Below are positions 1-13,548 of a stretch of DNA of 64,000 nucleotides, in pieces. Position numbers and translations under genes: made by a program. Location of the stretch: NCBI GenBank assembly GCA_052327205.1, contig CM126225.1:11346001-11410000 (forward strand), given 5' to 3'. Position 1 is the stretch's first letter, and every line of letters starts with the position of its first letter. The stretch comes from Somniosus microcephalus. Its lineage: Eukaryota. The notes under the pieces were generated by a model, which worked only from the letters and a program-made list of their open reading frames with translations, was not told where the DNA came from and searched no databases.

Positions 1-2
1 TA

Positions 3-425
3 CAGGAAACTCTCGATTTACCGGCACCTAAATAACCGGAAACCTCTGTTAACCGGCAAAATTCAGGAGTAGGTTCAGGTAAGTTTTACTTCATATTAGT
101 GGCCGTTCCTGGATCTGTGGCCAGGGTTCCTGCACCTGTTGCTATGCAACAGGAACGCTTGGTCTGTGGCCGGGGTTCCTGCACCTGTTGCTATGCAACA
201 GGGACGCTTGGTCTGTGGCCGGGGTTCCTGTACCTGTTGCTATGCAACAGGGACGCTTGGTCTGTGGCTAGGGTTCCTGTACCTGTTGCTATGCAACAGG
301 GACACTTGGTCTGTGGCCGTGTACGGGGCTCTCGTACCTTTTACTATACCTCTCTGTAATCCGGACTTTTTGATAAACCGGCACCACACCAATCCCGTCG
401 GTACCGGATAAAAAAGAGTTTCCTG
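3..425. mobile_element. Tc1/mariner-type (Tigger-like) MITE with an internal 49-bp tandem repeat
   Basis: TA|CAGGAAACTCT...AGAGTTTCCTG|TA; about 4 copies of a 49-bp unit at about 115-320. Confidence 0.85.
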
Positions 426-1269
426 TATTTACCTTATTCCTAAATTAAAAACCGCGGATATGCGAATTTCACTGCCGCGGTTGACAAAAATTGTCGCAGA
501 GTGGAAACCGTGTATACGTGAAACCCGCGTATGGCAAAACCGCGGTTGGGGCGGGATTCCTGTACTTCATTGGCTGTAAAGCGCTTTGGGACGTCACGAG
601 GCTTGTGAAAGGCGCTATATAAATGCAAGTCTTTCAATCCTATTGTTGGAAGGGTCAGGGTGCTTTGGACAATCCTAGAGTAGCTGGTTCAGTTCCACAC
701 GAGGCCGTACACTTACCAACGGAACCATCGGGGAGGCCTCTAGATGGTCTTTTAAAAACAGATACATTTGTAATGCTATGCTGTCCTGAGATACTTTGAT
801 TGGTACAAAGTCAACAAAAAGCCAGTGATGTGCCAGCGTGTCTGAACTGATGGAATTTGAAACACCCTCAGTCCAGGTCCTGGCGCACATAAATCTGCAA
901 ACCCAAACTGCTCAGAATTCCTTCTGTCTTCACTGTTTCCTTTAAATAAGGGCATCTGATGGATAAGGCCCAAAGTTAAAATGTTGCGAGCATCTGTGTT
1001 CTGTTTTGCAGCCTGATGCTGATAATAACTTCTGGCAGCGTGCCATTGTTTAATTTTTATGGTATGAGACTCGCCCCCTCTCAAATATCTCCCTGAAAGC
1101 AGCTCTGTAAACAAAGCATTCCTTTTCACTGCCGGCTGGGTTCTGATGAACCAACAACCAATGAGCAAATATATTCTTAGGATCATGAGTGGAATGCCCC
1201 TCTCTCATGAAACCCCCACCTGCCCATCTACTTCCCATGTTTCTCCATCCCTTCTCTGTGCATATGTTT

Positions 1270-1954
1270 GAGTACGACCACACTTGGAGTGCGATGTACA
1301 GTTCTGGTCTCTCTACAGGAAACTCTCGTTTAAACGGCACCTAAAATATCCGGAATTCTCTATTAACCGGCAAAATTCATACTCCGAAAGCACCTCAATA
1401 ACCGGAAATGTTGCCGAGTCTGAGTCCGAGTCTCCCACGGTGGCCGAGTTAGTCAGTGGGAGTAGTTCTCCAAACTGCCACTACTCGGCTTCTTGGTGCT
1501 GTCAGAAGTCTGAACACCTCAATAACAGGAGTCTGACTCTTTGTTTGTTAAAAATAGCCTCGGTAGATAACCCTCTCCATCATCCGGAATTTTTAATCAA
1601 CCGGCACCATCCTGGTCCCATTGGAGCCGGATACCAGAGAGTTTTCTGTATTACAAAAAGGAAATAGAGGCACTGGGGAAGGTGCAAAAAAGATTTACTG
1701 TACAGGGATGATACCAGAACTGAAAGGTTATAACTATCGGGAAAGACTGAACAGGCTGGGGCTCCTTTCTCCAGAAAAGAGAAGGTTGAGGGGTGACCTG
1801 ATAGAGGTGTTTAAGATTATGAAGTGGTTCGATAAGCTAGAGGTAGAGAAGATGTTTCCACTTGTGGGGGAATCCAAAATTAGGGGCCATGAATATAAGA
1901 TAGTCACTAATAAATCCAATAAAGAATTCAGGAGAAACTTTTTTACCAAGACAG
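1270..1954 (+). mobile_element. CR1 LINE RT C-terminal fragment interrupted by MITEs
   Basis: ORF 1621..1959 contains ERLNRLGLLSPEKRRLRGDLIEVFKIM...RRNFFT. Confidence 0.85.
1316..1648. mobile_element. CAGGAAACT-family MITE nested in CR1
   Basis: TA-flanked TIRs; splits CR1 RT sequence between VQFWS and the following ttacaaaaagg segment. Confidence 0.85.
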
Positions 1955-1956
1955 TA

Positions 1957-2224
1957 TAAGAAACTCTTTTTTTATCCGGCACCGACGGGACCGGCATGGT
2001 GCCGGTTGATCAAAAAGTCCGGATTACAGAGGTATACTTACCAAGGTACGAGAGCCCCGTACACGGCCACAGGTGCAGGAGCTCCGGTTACACGGCCACA
2101 GATCCAGGAACCCCGGTTACACGGCCACTAATATATAGTAAAACTTACCTGAACCTACTCCTGAATTTTGCCGGTTAAGAGAGATTTCCGGATATTTAGG
2201 TGCCGGTAAAAAGAGAGTTTCCTG
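1957..2224. mobile_element. CAGGAAACT-family MITE (inverted relative to 3-425)
   Basis: Ends GAGAGTTTCCTG|TA; internal sequence is the reverse complement of 3-425. Confidence 0.8.
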
Positions 2225-2239
2225 TAGTGTGAATGTGGA

Positions 2240-2580
2240 ATAACAACAGAAAACACTGGAAAAACTCAGCAGGCCAGGGCAGCATCCGTGGAGAGAGAAA
2301 CAGAGTCAACGTTTCCGGTTGATGACCTTTCGGCAGAATTGGAAAAAAGCAGGAAAGGGAACAGATTTTAAAGCAAGTTTAGGGGCTGGGAAATGGGGGA
2401 GGGGATGAAAGAACAAAAGGGAAGGTCTGTGATAGGATAGAAGGCAGGAGAAGTAAAGAGGGATTAAGAGATATTCATTATGGTAATGGGACAGGTTAAG
2501 AAACAAAGGATGGCTCTAGATGGGGTGTGAATTGCGCTGGCAGAATGAAGGACAGCTGCCATGTGGGAGGGAAGAAAAAA
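2240..2580 (-). mobile_element. Penelope-like element 3' terminal remnant
   Basis: Close match to 42015-42310, the end of the GIY-YIG-bearing element. Confidence 0.75.
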
Positions 2581-3669
2581 AACCTGTCCCATTACCATCT
2601 CCTCTTGCCTTGAATATCTCTTAATGCCTCTTTACTTCTCCTGCCTTCCACCTCCGATTCCCCCCCGACCTCCCCTCCTCCAGGCCTCCGATCCCCCCTC
2701 TGGCCTCTGACTTCCCCCCCTCTGGCCTCTGACTTCCCCCCCTCCAGCCCCGATGCTCCTCTGGCCCGCAACCACCACACCCTCCCCCCTCCAATGCGCC
2801 TTCGACCCCCCCTCTGGCCCCGATCATCCTCCGACCCGACCACCCTCCCCACCCCATTTGCTTCCCCCCTCCTCTCTGCGGCCTAGTGCCGCAGGCCTAC
2901 CCACCTGCAGCCAACCAACCTCTCTAGCTGGCTGCGGGCGGGACACAGAGCTTTCAAATGCTAATCAGGCCCTGTCGTTAAATTCGGCAGGGCCTGCGGG
3001 AGTTTCTCGACTGCTTTCTAGGCTCCCCCCGCTACCGACCCGTCACCAGATTAAAATTCCGGCCAATGGGTGTAAAACAGGCGTTACCGCCAAAGAGCAA
3101 TTTCACCCCCCGGGTGCTATCTTTCTACAGCCGATGGTTTCACTACTGCAGAGGATGCTGGGATAGCTCCACGTTGAGGTTCTCCCTCAATGAAGGAGTG
3201 GTCATCTTTGACAGGATGTGCTAGACAACATCTTAAATGCACAGTGGGCCTTATGAGGGCTGATTTTCCTGGGTGGTCACCGGTTGGAGGCAAGTGTGTG
3301 CGCAGTGCACCAGGTGTGCGCTTTGCCCGTGGCAGACTGCTAGCACCCAGAGTTCCTGGTGGCTCTCATTAGAATAAAGAGAGCGGAATTCAGGCGCACA
3401 CCTAAGTGGTGGGTAGTGATCAGGTGGCAGGATGTTCCGCCACACCTTGGGCCTTAAGGCCCCAGGCTTCTTAAAGGGGCAAAGAGCAGCAGGAACCAAA
3501 ATGCCAAGAACTTTGCAGAATCATTGTTTGCTGGCCATGAGGTTCTGGGAAGAAGGTTAGTGAGTGTTTTGGCTGCTCCTAAAGTGCTCAAAAGTAAAGA
3601 TGCCTGAAGGTTTTGTTAAAAATGCTTTAAGTGTATTCTTGACTGAACTGTGCCCTGGTAGATAAGTGC

Positions 3670-4120
3670 TGTCCGTATCCTAAGTCGCACCAAGTCCCGT
3701 TCACCCATCACCCCTGTGCTCGGTGACCCACATTGGCTCCTGGTCCAGCAACACCTCAATTTTAAAATTGTTGTTTTCAAATCTCTCCATGGCCTCGCCC
3801 CCATCCTATCTCTATAACTTCCTTCAACCCTACAATGCTCCGAGATCTCTGCACTCCTCCAATTCTGGCCTCTTGAGCATCCACTATTTTAATCGCTCCA
3901 CCATTGGTGGCCGTGCCTTCAGCTGCTTAGGCCTAAAACTCTGGAATTCCCTCCCTAAATCTCTCCGCCTCCCCACCTCTCGCTCCTCCTTTAAGACGTC
4001 CATGAAAACCTACCTCTTTGTCTGTCCTAATATCTCCTTAATATGGCTCGGTGTCAAATCTTGTTTGATAACGCTCCTGTGTTGCACCTTATGCGCTATA
4101 TAAATGTAAGTTGTTGTTGT
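3670..4120 (+). mobile_element. L2 LINE 3' fragment
   Basis: PITPVL..HWL-like start, GGRAFS..LWNSLP..FKT.MKT.LF motif, tail gcgctatataaatgtaag(ttg)n. Confidence 0.8.
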
Positions 4121-6199
4121 GAGGGACCTCACCCCCTTCAAGAAGTGAGTCAACCAAGAAGACTGGGGATTGCCCTTAGGTAGGTAAGATCCCCACCCTT
4201 ACCTTCCAACTTTTCCTTGTCCCACCCTATGTTAATGACCTCCTCCAGAAGTACGTCCTGTGCTCATCCCCACTCTCCCAACTCTGGCTCGCTCCTCCTT
4301 CTTCCGTTTGGCCACCTGAGGTTGCTCCTTCAGCCAGTTCTCCGCAGCCTGCTCCCTCAACACCTCTGCAATGACAGCCCCCTCCCTGCCTTCAATGTCT
4401 CCCAAAGATTCTTCCCTTCGCCCATGCTTCTCGCCTCCCCTCTTTTTTTCCTTTCTCCCTTCCTGCTCATCACACACGGTGCTGTAAAGCGCTTGAAGAA
4501 GTCTCTCTGTATGCGAGGAGACTACGGAGATAGAAGTTATTGTTGTAGTTGAGATTTAATTGAATTCCTATGTAAATGTTGATGCAGTGGGCGCGGGCGG
4601 ATGAGGTAGTAGCAGACCTCGACTATTTCAAAGGTAATGGTTCCTAAGCAGACAGTGCCTGGGATTTCATTCACCCCATTTCCCCCCGCCCCCCCCCCCC
4701 CCCGAAGGATACAGGGAAGGTCAAGTGTGTCCGAATATTAGTAATGGGTGAAACAAAAAAATGCGGCAAAAGCTGTGAGATAGACAGCAGAGGGCTAGAC
4801 TCCACCCGGAGTCAATATTTACCAGACAGGCTAACATCTGCTTCTTCTTAATGACAGCACATCTGGCTGTAGCCAATGAGAATCTGCTCATGTTACAGAC
4901 AATTGTAAGTTTTCAAAAGTCTAGCCATTTATTTGCTGGCACAAGTTCTGGTAGATTCAATGGCTGTTCGTTTGTTTGACTAATGAATAATGAACTATTT
5001 CGACCCTCTAACGCTGTTCCACATGCCTTGCTGTTCTAGCTTCTGCTCGCTTTGTTTAAACTATTTTTTTTTTAAATTACATGTAATATCGGCAACTCCC
5101 TTTTTATCCTGTTGTGTTCTGTATGTGAGAATCTTTGCAATGACCAGAATGGGCAGTCCTAACTTCTTGGCTGTAATACCAGGAAACTTGAGCCCCTGAA
5201 TGGCTGGGTGATCTGTCAGTCTCGGGCACATGCAGTGCTTTAGAAGACTGCAATGTTGCCCAATAATATACAGAAGGACTGAACAGAAAGCATGTCCAAA
5301 ATGAATGCTGTGGTTTATAGATTATTAATACAGGGAGAAGTTGATTGAAAGAGGGGACAGCAAAAACAACAATTACTGCCTTTAATGCAGCAATGGCCCA
5401 AGAAGCTTCACAGAGTAGAAATGGATCCTCAGCAGTAAGAGTGGGAGAGTTAGGGGAGGTGACTAAAGACACGGGCCAGGAATTTTCTTGTATCTGCTCC
5501 CGATCTGCTGGCACAACTTCACTGGAAGTGCAGCTTACAAGGAAATTCCTGGTCATGGTCAAGGAAGTAGGTTCAGAGGAGACTTTTGAAGGTGGGGAGA
5601 CAAGCAGCAAGAGGGAGGCTTTAAAGTGGCAGAGTTCCAAAGAGAGGGCAAGGCTCTGTCACTGATGGTGGAACAAAGGGAGGGAGATGCACAGGAAGTC
5701 AGAGATGGAAGAGCAGAGGCCATGAGCTTGGTCTTAGGGCTGGAGGAGGCTCCAGATGCAAGGTGGGGCGAGGCCATGGAGGGATTTGTAAATAAGGACA
5801 AGGATGTGGAATTAAATGCATTGGAGAATGAGGAACAACAAGATGGAGTGAATGGTAGAGCAAGATGGAGAGCAAAAGAGAGAGGTGGAGAGAGCGAAAG
5901 AGAAAATGGGAAAGCAAGAGAGACAGAGAGAAAAAAAAAGGTGAAAGGAACAAAGAGTGAGAGAACAAGAGATAGAGAGAGAGAGAGAATAAGACAGAGC
6001 AACAAAAAGAGAAAATGAGGGGTAGCAAAACTAACGAGAGAGTAAGGAAAAAAGAACGATTGAGAGGTTGTAGAAAAAGAGAGGATAAGAGAGAATAAAA
6101 GACAGCAAGGGAGAGAATTACAGAATGTGAGAATGTGAGTCGGAGACAAAATGAGATAAACTGAATGAACAACAACATTAGAATGAGAGATATAGATAG

Positions 6200-6540
6200 G
6201 AACATAGAAACAGAAGTAGGTTATTTAGCCCCTTGAGCCTGTTCTGCCATACAATGAGATCATGGCTGATCTGTGACCTAACTCCATATTCCCGCCTTTG
6301 CCCCATAGCCCTTAATACCTTTGGTTAACAAAAATCTATCAATCTCAGATTTAAAATTAACAATTGACCGAGCATCAACTGCCGTTTGTGGAAGAGAGTT
6401 CCCATTCTCTTTGTGTGTAGAAGTGTTTCCTAACCTCACTCCTGAAAGGCCTGGCTGTAATTTTTAGGCTATGTCCCCTAGTCCTAGAATCCCCCAACCA
6501 GCGGAAATAGTTTCTCTCTATCTACCCTATCAGTTCCCCC
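6200..6540 (-). mobile_element. CR1 LINE 3' fragment
   Basis: Reverse-strand CR1 3' UTR and RT end. Confidence 0.75.
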
Positions 6541-6635
6541 AGATAGAATTAGAGATTGAAAATGCATGACGGAGAAAGACAGAGCGATCAAGAGAATGAA
6601 GCAACAGAGAGACACAGATAGTACAGGAGTATGTT

Positions 6636-7455
6636 GGAAAGTGTGAGGTTATGCACTTTGGCAGAAAAAATCAAAGAGCAAGTTATTATCTAAATGGAGA
6701 GAAACTGCAAAGTGCTACAGTACAAAGGGATCTGGGGGTCCTGGTGCATGAAAAACAAAAAGTTAGTATGCAGGTACAGCAGGTGATCAGGAAGGCCAAT
6801 GGAATCTTGGCTTTTATTGCAAGGGGGATGGAGTATAAAAACAGGGAAGTCTTGCTGCAGTTATACAGGGTATTGGTGAGGCCACACCTGGAATACTGCG
6901 TGCAGTTTTGGTTTCCATATTTAAGAAAAGATATATTTGCTCTCGAGGCGGTTCAGAGAAGGTTCACTCGGTTGATTCCAGAGATGAGGGGGTTGACGTA
7001 TGAGGAAAGGTTGAGTAGGTTGGGACACTACTCATTGGAGTTCAGAAGAATGAGAGGCGATCTTATCAAAACATATAAGATTGTGAGGGGGCTTGATCGG
7101 GTGGATGCGGTGAGGATGTTTCCACTGATGGGTGAGACTAGAACTAGGGGGCATAATCTTAGAATAAGGGGCTGCCCTTTCAAAACTGAGATGAGGAGAA
7201 ACTTCTTCACTCAGAGGGTAGTAAATCTATGGAATTTGCTACCCCAGAGAGCTGTGGAAGCTGCAACATTAAATAAATTTAAAATGGAGATAGACATTTT
7301 CCTAGCAGATAAGGGAATTAGGGGTTACGGGGAGCGGGCAGGGAAGTGGACGTGAGTCTAGATTCAGATCAGCCATGATCCTATTGAATGGCGGAGCAGG
7401 CCCGAGGGGCCGTATGACCTAATCCTGCTCCTACTTCTTATGTTCTTATGTTCTT
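6636..7455 (+). mobile_element. 5'-truncated CR1 LINE (RT C-terminus, 3' UTR, (ttcttatg)n tail)
   Basis: ORF 6651..7355: DLGV...YRVLVRPHLEYCVQFW...RRMRGDLI...RNFFTQRVVNLWN. Confidence 0.95.
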
Positions 7456-8072
7456 ATGAGTCAAATTCTGTTTTGGAACAGTTGTGTTTCGAAGTGCAGT
7501 TGAAATCTTCTCCATTTTGTACCAAGGTTTGACTCTGGAGGAAAATGACAACTGCAGCAAGAAATTTAATTACATGATACAACTCAGGACAGCCAAAAGA
7601 CAGTCCTGTTAAAAAGTGGTATCTCGCTGGCATCAAAGGCAGCTGTACAGCCTATGGTTATTGAGCAGTAAATTACATCAATTCTGGGGCCATTTAGTGC
7701 TGTAAGCTGTTTTATTGATATCAATGGCCGTTTGCAGTAGCAGCTGCAGTGTCTGTTGTGTTAGAGATGAGGCTGAAGCCAAGGGACAGGATACGACATT
7801 GAGATGCAAAGCTCGGTATGACAGTGCACCATCTGCCACGTCCCACTTGCAGCAACGTGACCACAATGTTCAATGGGGTAACTTTTGCGAGACTTAGATC
7901 CTGGGGCAGATTTCTTTAGCCACCTGGAAAATGGGGAGCGCAGCAAATCAGGAGCACTGACCTCCGCGTCCAATCTCGGATCTGCACTCCCGCTGACTGA
8001 GACTCCAGACCAGGAGTGGAGTCTTGCCAAATGTACCCTAATGTTCTTGATGCTCTTCAAAGACAGCAGCTA

Positions 8073-8402
8073 CAGGAAACTTTCGATTAACCGGCCACTA
8101 AATAACCGGAACGCTCTATCCACCGGCAAAATTCAGGAGTCGGTTCAGATAACTTTTTTTACTTTTAGTTCCTTTTTTTACTCCATTTGTGGTTGTGCAA
8201 GCGTGTAGCTGAAGCTGTTGCTAAGCTACAGAGACGCTTGCAACTTGTGCCGATTGTTTTGAAGCTGTTAAGCAACAGGGTTTGTTGCTTTAGACGGAGC
8301 TCTGAGCTCCGTATCTTTTAGTATAGCGTTTGGTTATCCGGCATTGTTGATGGACCGGCACCAGGTCGGTCCCGTCCGTGCCGGATACCAGAAAGTTTCC
8401 TG
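8073..8402. mobile_element. CAGGAAACT-family MITE
   Basis: TA|CAGGAAACTTTC...GAAAGTTTCCTG|TA. Confidence 0.85.
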
Positions 8403-8997
8403 TACTATACTTAACTCATGTAGGAACGGGCTACGGTACTCAATGTTTTCAGAGAATGTGTTACAGTCCTTAATGTTCTTTCCAGATATCCATTCTGGAT
8501 TGAATTACGGGATGTGTACTAACTTACAAGCAGGAACAGGAGTAGGCCATTTAGCCCTTCTCCACCATTCAGTTAGATCATGGCTGATCTACACCTCAGC
8601 TCCATTTCCCTGTCTTTGCTCCATGTCCCCTGATACCCTTACCTAACAAAAATCATTTGATCTCATTCTTGGAAGCTCCAATGGTCCCAGCATCCACAGC
8701 CTTTTGGGGGGAGAGAGTTCCAAACTTCTGCTACCCTTTGTGTGAAAAAGTGCTTCCCCGATTTTGCTCCTCAAAGTCCTCGCTCTAATTTTAACATTAT
8801 GTCCCCTTGTGCTTCATTTCCCCACCAGACGAAATAGTTTCTCCGTATCTACCCTATCAAATCTTTTAAACACCTCCATCAGATCACCCCTCAATCTCCT
8901 AAACTCAAGGGAATACAAGCCATGTTTATGCAAACTGTTCATCAAAGTTTAACCTTCTAAGCCCCAGTATCATTCTGGTGAATCTCCAAGGTCAATA

Positions 8998-9331
8998 CAG
9001 GAAACTTTCGTTTAACCAGAGGTTAAATGTCCGGAAAGCTCTATCTACCGGCAAAATTCAGGAGCCGTTTCCTATAAGTTTTTTTTACTTCTCGTTGCTT
9101 TTTTTTTCCAGTCAGGCTCTGCAAGGTCTAGCTGAAGCTGTTGCTTAGCTACAGAGACACTTTTAAGCTGCGGCCGACTGTTTTGAAGCTGTTGCTAAGC
9201 AACAGGGTTTGTTGATTCACACGGAGCTCAAAAGCTCCGTATGTTTTAACATTAGCGCTGGTTTCTACCGCAGTTTTGATGGTACGGCACCAGCTCGGTC
9301 CCGTCAGTGCCGGATACCAGAAAGTTTCCTG
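8998..9331. mobile_element. CAGGAAACT-family MITE nested in a minus-strand CR1 fragment (about 8520-9375)
   Basis: TA-flanked TIRs; internal similarity to 8073-8402. Confidence 0.85.
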
Positions 9332-9829
9332 TATATCGTTCCTTAACACAGCACTCCAGCTGGGGTCTGACCAAGCTTGTGATTCCATGTAGTACTTAAA
9401 GACTTTGTAATTCCACCTAATTGAAAGAAAGGAAATGCTCTTAATGTGTGAATGAAATGATTCAATTACATTGATTTTGTGTTTGTTCTATTCTTTCTAA
9501 GGGTTCGATATAGTAACAGCTGTGACTCATGTCCATTGATTTTGCACTTGTCCTACTCCTGACAAGTATAACTGAGGGGGGAAAGGATAAAAACTAGATG
9601 GGGAAAAGTTCTTTCTTGTCTTTGAAGGGACAGTACTGAGGGTGTCCCTGGAACATGTGCACCAAGGGTGGCAGCAAGAATACAGGCCGAGAAAAGAAAA
9701 ATTGTACAGATATTTTCCCAATTTCTCCTCCTCAGTTCACCTCCTCTCCTGAAAGTGCTGACTCTTACTGATATAGGTTCAGTAGGTGCCCACAGACCTC
9801 CAACACCTTGTCTTAATGTATTTGCCTTA

Positions 9830-10125
9830 ACAACAGCAACTTGCATTTATATAGTGCCTTTCACAGGAACTTTCGCAAACAAAGTTTGACACTGAGCCAC
9901 ATAAGGAGATACTAGGACAGGTGACCAAAAGCTTGGTCAAAGAGGTAGGTTCTAAAGAACATCTTAAAGGAGGAGAGAGAGGGAGCAAGGCGGAGAGGTT
10001 CAAGGAGGGAATTCCAGAGCTAAGAGCCCAGACAGCTGAAGGCACGGCAGCCAATGGTGGAGCGATGGAAATCGGAGACGCGCGAGAGGCCAGGATCAGA
10101 GGAACGCAGAGATCTTATCAGGGTT
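9830..10125 (-). mobile_element. L2 LINE 3' fragment
   Basis: Reverse complement of the L2 end seen at 3670-4120. Confidence 0.7.
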
Positions 10126-11250
10126 TAAAAAAAAAAAATTAATTCATGGGATGTGGGCATCCCTGGCAAGGCCAGCATTTATTGCCCATGCCTAATGGTA
10201 GGGCTGGAGAAGGACACAGAAATAGGGAGGGGCGAGGTCATGGTGGGATTTGAAAACAAAGATGAGAATTTTAACACTGAGGCGTGGCCGGACCGGGAGC
10301 CCAATGTAGGTCAACGAGCACAGAGGTGCTCATTAATAGTTAATGTCGGTTAATGGCCACACTAGCACGCGCCTGGCCCCTTGCTAGTGATTGGAAATTG
10401 GAGTTCTGACAGATTTTGCGCCTGCTTAAATCAGGGGCTTTGAGGCTGATTGTAGCTCCTTCACTATTACCCTGACTGAGATCAATCAATGCTCCAGAGA
10501 TCAAGAGCAAATCTGGGATCTTCCTGTTCTGTAGGTCGCAGTACATCATTGGATGGTGCTCTGAACCACTGAGCCACCAGAGAAGCTTTATAAATTTTGT
10601 ATACACATCAGCTGGATGGAGTTGGATACATTTGAACATTAGAGTAATATACAAATAATATACAAAATGATGATACACCAAAAATACCTCTCCACTCCGG
10701 ACGTCACCCTTCAGATGTCACATTCAAAGAATGCAGGCCACTGCGGCCACCGCACCCCCACGCCCCCCCTCCCGATTGCAACTCACGCCTCAATCGCCAC
10801 TCCCCCTCCTTGATCGCCGCTCCCCCCCCACTGATTGACTCTCCACTCCTCTGATCACCATTGCCCCCCCCGATTGCCACTCCCCCCCAAATCGCCAATC
10901 CTCCCTCCCATCGCTGCTGCTCTCCACCCCCCAATCGCTGCTCCACCCTGATCTTCACACCCCCTCCCCCGCCTGAGTTCTCGAGCAGCCCTGCACGATA
11001 AGGTTAGCTGGCTGCAGTAATCAACCATCGGCAGAATAATGACTGACTCTGAACGTCCTGTTGGATCATTTGCAATGGTGACCTTCCCCTTCTGAACAAG
11101 AACAGGGAACGCCAGCAGTCTGAACTATCTAAACCCACAGACCCTGCTCATCGATTAAACTGTGAATCAGTTACTCCAGAATCCGCTGCCCTCTCTCCTC
11201 ATGAAGATGGTAACAGGAGTAAGATAACAGTAACAGAGGGCCCATTCCGT

Positions 11251-11705
11251 GTCAGCTGCGGCTCAGCGGGTAGGACTCTCGTCTGAGTCCGAAGGTTGTG
11301 GGTTCAAGTCCCACTCGAGACTTGAGCTCAAAATCTAGGCTGACACTCCAGTGCAGCGCTGAGGAAGCGCTGCACTGTCGGAGGCGCCGTCTTTCGGACG
11401 AGATGTTAAACCGAGACCTCGCCTGCCCTCTCAGGTGGATATAAAAGATCCCATGGCACTTTTCAAAGAAGAGCAAGGGAATTCTCCCAGTGACCTAGCC
11501 AATCTTAACCCCTCAACCAACATCACTAAAACCGATTATCTGGTCGTTATCACATTGCTGTTTGTGGGAGCTTGCTGTGCACAAATTGGCTGCTGCGTTT
11601 CCTACATTACAACAGCGACAACACTTCAAAAAGTACATCATTGGCTGTAAAGCGCTTTGGGCCGTCCCGAGGTCATGAAAGGCGCTATAGAAATGCAAGC
11701 TCTTT
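11251..11705 (+). mobile_element. tRNA-headed DeuSINE-type SINE (SacSINE1/AmnSINE-like)
   Basis: Box A/B-like head (ggctcag..gg; ggttcaagtccc), Deu-like core (gcactgtcggaggcgccgtctttcgga...taaaagatcccatggcact) and L2-like tail. Confidence 0.8.
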
Positions 11706-12149
11706 GTTTCTTCTTCTTTTATTCCTCATTAGGACAAAACACGCCTGAGATCCAATGATGACCTGGGCGCCTTCTGGAGCTGTCCAGCTCTAGGCTAACA
11801 CATTGGCCAGCAAGGAGCTTGTTTTCCCAGGGTTGGGTTGGGTGGTTTCAGATTGGCTCCGAGGCCTGTCCAAAATTAGTGAAACCCGTTAAAAGAAAGG
11901 GCAGGCCACTCCAGATGGTGGCGGCCAATTTTGGTCAGTGATGTCAGCACCGCGACTTGGTATGAAGGAGACCCAGAACGAGAGTTGTTCTTTGAGCATG
12001 AGGTAATTCCAAGACTTATTAAAAAAAAAGAGTAATAATTTCGTAATTGGAAGATTAGATGTTGGGCGAGAAAGTTTTCCTCCTAGATGCTGCTTACCCC
12101 TTAAGTGAGCTCTAGTCTACACATGGGAGAGGGGGTAGGAGACTCTTAC

Positions 12150-12231
12150 CTCTGGAGAACACCACACCAGCTGCAGTTGAACCGGTCCTCTGCATTGACA
12201 CAGGCGTTACAACTCAGGTGTTGCAGACACA
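12150..12231 (-). CDS. PLXDC1: PLXDC1-like internal exon, 82 bp (start of PSI domain)
   Basis: Read by hand as (M)[27 protein letters not shown], the PSI cysteine pattern; CLQH and VLQR favour PLXDC1 over PLXDC2; cacAG / GTaaga sites. Confidence 0.88.
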
Positions 12232-12669
12232 CTGTGAGTGAGAGAGAGGAGATGATGGTATGAATTCAGTGAACTATTAGAGAAAACAGACAGTGAGAAC
12301 AGTTAAAAGGATCCCTGGAATTAATCACAGCGCTAAAATAGTAAGGAGGAAACTGCCCAAAACCAGCCTGGAATCATTAAATGACTGAGTGTTAAAGTGA
12401 AACCCTCTGTGGGATTCAAAACATCAGCTGCTTCCGCTGTAGACCTTTGATCCAAAAATGTTTCAGAAATTAGGTGAAATGTTCTCCAGCTTAATGTCAG
12501 TAGAACTTAAGCTAAGTTTTTTGGCTCCCCTCCGCACTTCCGTTCCTCTGGCCTTGACTTCATCAACCTTCTTGGCTGCCACCCTGAACTGAATTTCCTT
12601 CCCACATTGGATCCATCGCCAAGACCACTTTCCTTCGCCCCGAATAGATTGCTTGCCTTTGGCCCTACC

Positions 12670-13045
12670 TAGAACATGAGAACATAGGAATTAGGAGTAG
12701 GGGTCGGCCATACGGCCCCTCAAGCCTGCTCCGCCATTCAGTAAGATCATGGCTGATCTTCGACCTCAACTCCACTTTCCTGCCCGATCCCCAAATCCCT
12801 TGATTCCCGAAGAGTCCAAAAATCTATCGATCTCTGTCTTAAATATACTCAACGATCGAGCCTCCGCAGCCCTCTGGGATAGAGAATTCCAAAGGTTCAC
12901 AACCCTCTGAACGAAGAAATTCCTCCTCATCTCTGTCCTAAATGGCCGACCCCTTATTCTGAGACTGTGACCCCTGGTTCTAGACTCCCCAGCCAGGGGA
13001 AACATCCTCCCTGTCAAGCCCCTTAAGAATTTTATATTTTCAATA
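12670..13045 (-). mobile_element. CR1 LINE 3' fragment
   Basis: ORF 12766..13017: MFPLAGESRTRGHSL...RNFF.QRVVNLWN. Confidence 0.9.
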
Positions 13046-13548
13046 GCATGATGAGCTAGATGGGCTGAGTGGCCTCCCTTGTCTTTATGATCTTTGTGAT
13101 ATGATCAGTATTGTCTATAGTAGAAATACTAACTCATTCCACAGCTACACCTAAGACAGATGTGAACGTTGATTTAATGAATTCTGTACCTGTTCCTTTT
13201 GCAGGATGACTGACGGGGGAGCTGCCTGTGTCATTGTTACCCATTCATAGAAACCTGCATTGAGGATGTTTCCCAGCGCATCTGTTCCTCTGTTTCACTG
13301 ACGAAATAGAGAACATTTAACCCACCATGGACTAGTCTGTAAATAATGGATATACCTGGCAGTCCGAACATGCCCAGGGGTGAAGATTTGCTGTGTTCAT
13401 CACTGCTCATTGACCTCCTTTCTTTAAATAGTTCACATAGGCCACTAGCTACTCAGCACAGCTTATGCAGCTCTACCAGCCGCCTCATAACGCCTGCCTC
13501 CTCAAATCAGCGTTCAGGGAACACCAATTACAGAAGCCATGCCAACAT

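Noticed and set aside
675-890. Candidate next PLXDC exon (minus-strand GTAAGT at about 711-716)
   Set aside because: No CSSGFDR-like peptide found here or elsewhere in 1-12149; the next exon probably lies outside the window
5345-6205. Overlapping 100-200 aa ORFs
   Set aside because: Degenerate repeat plus GA-rich low-complexity sequence; no recognisable domain
11251-11320. tRNA gene
   Set aside because: Box A/B-like head continues into a SINE body present in several copies
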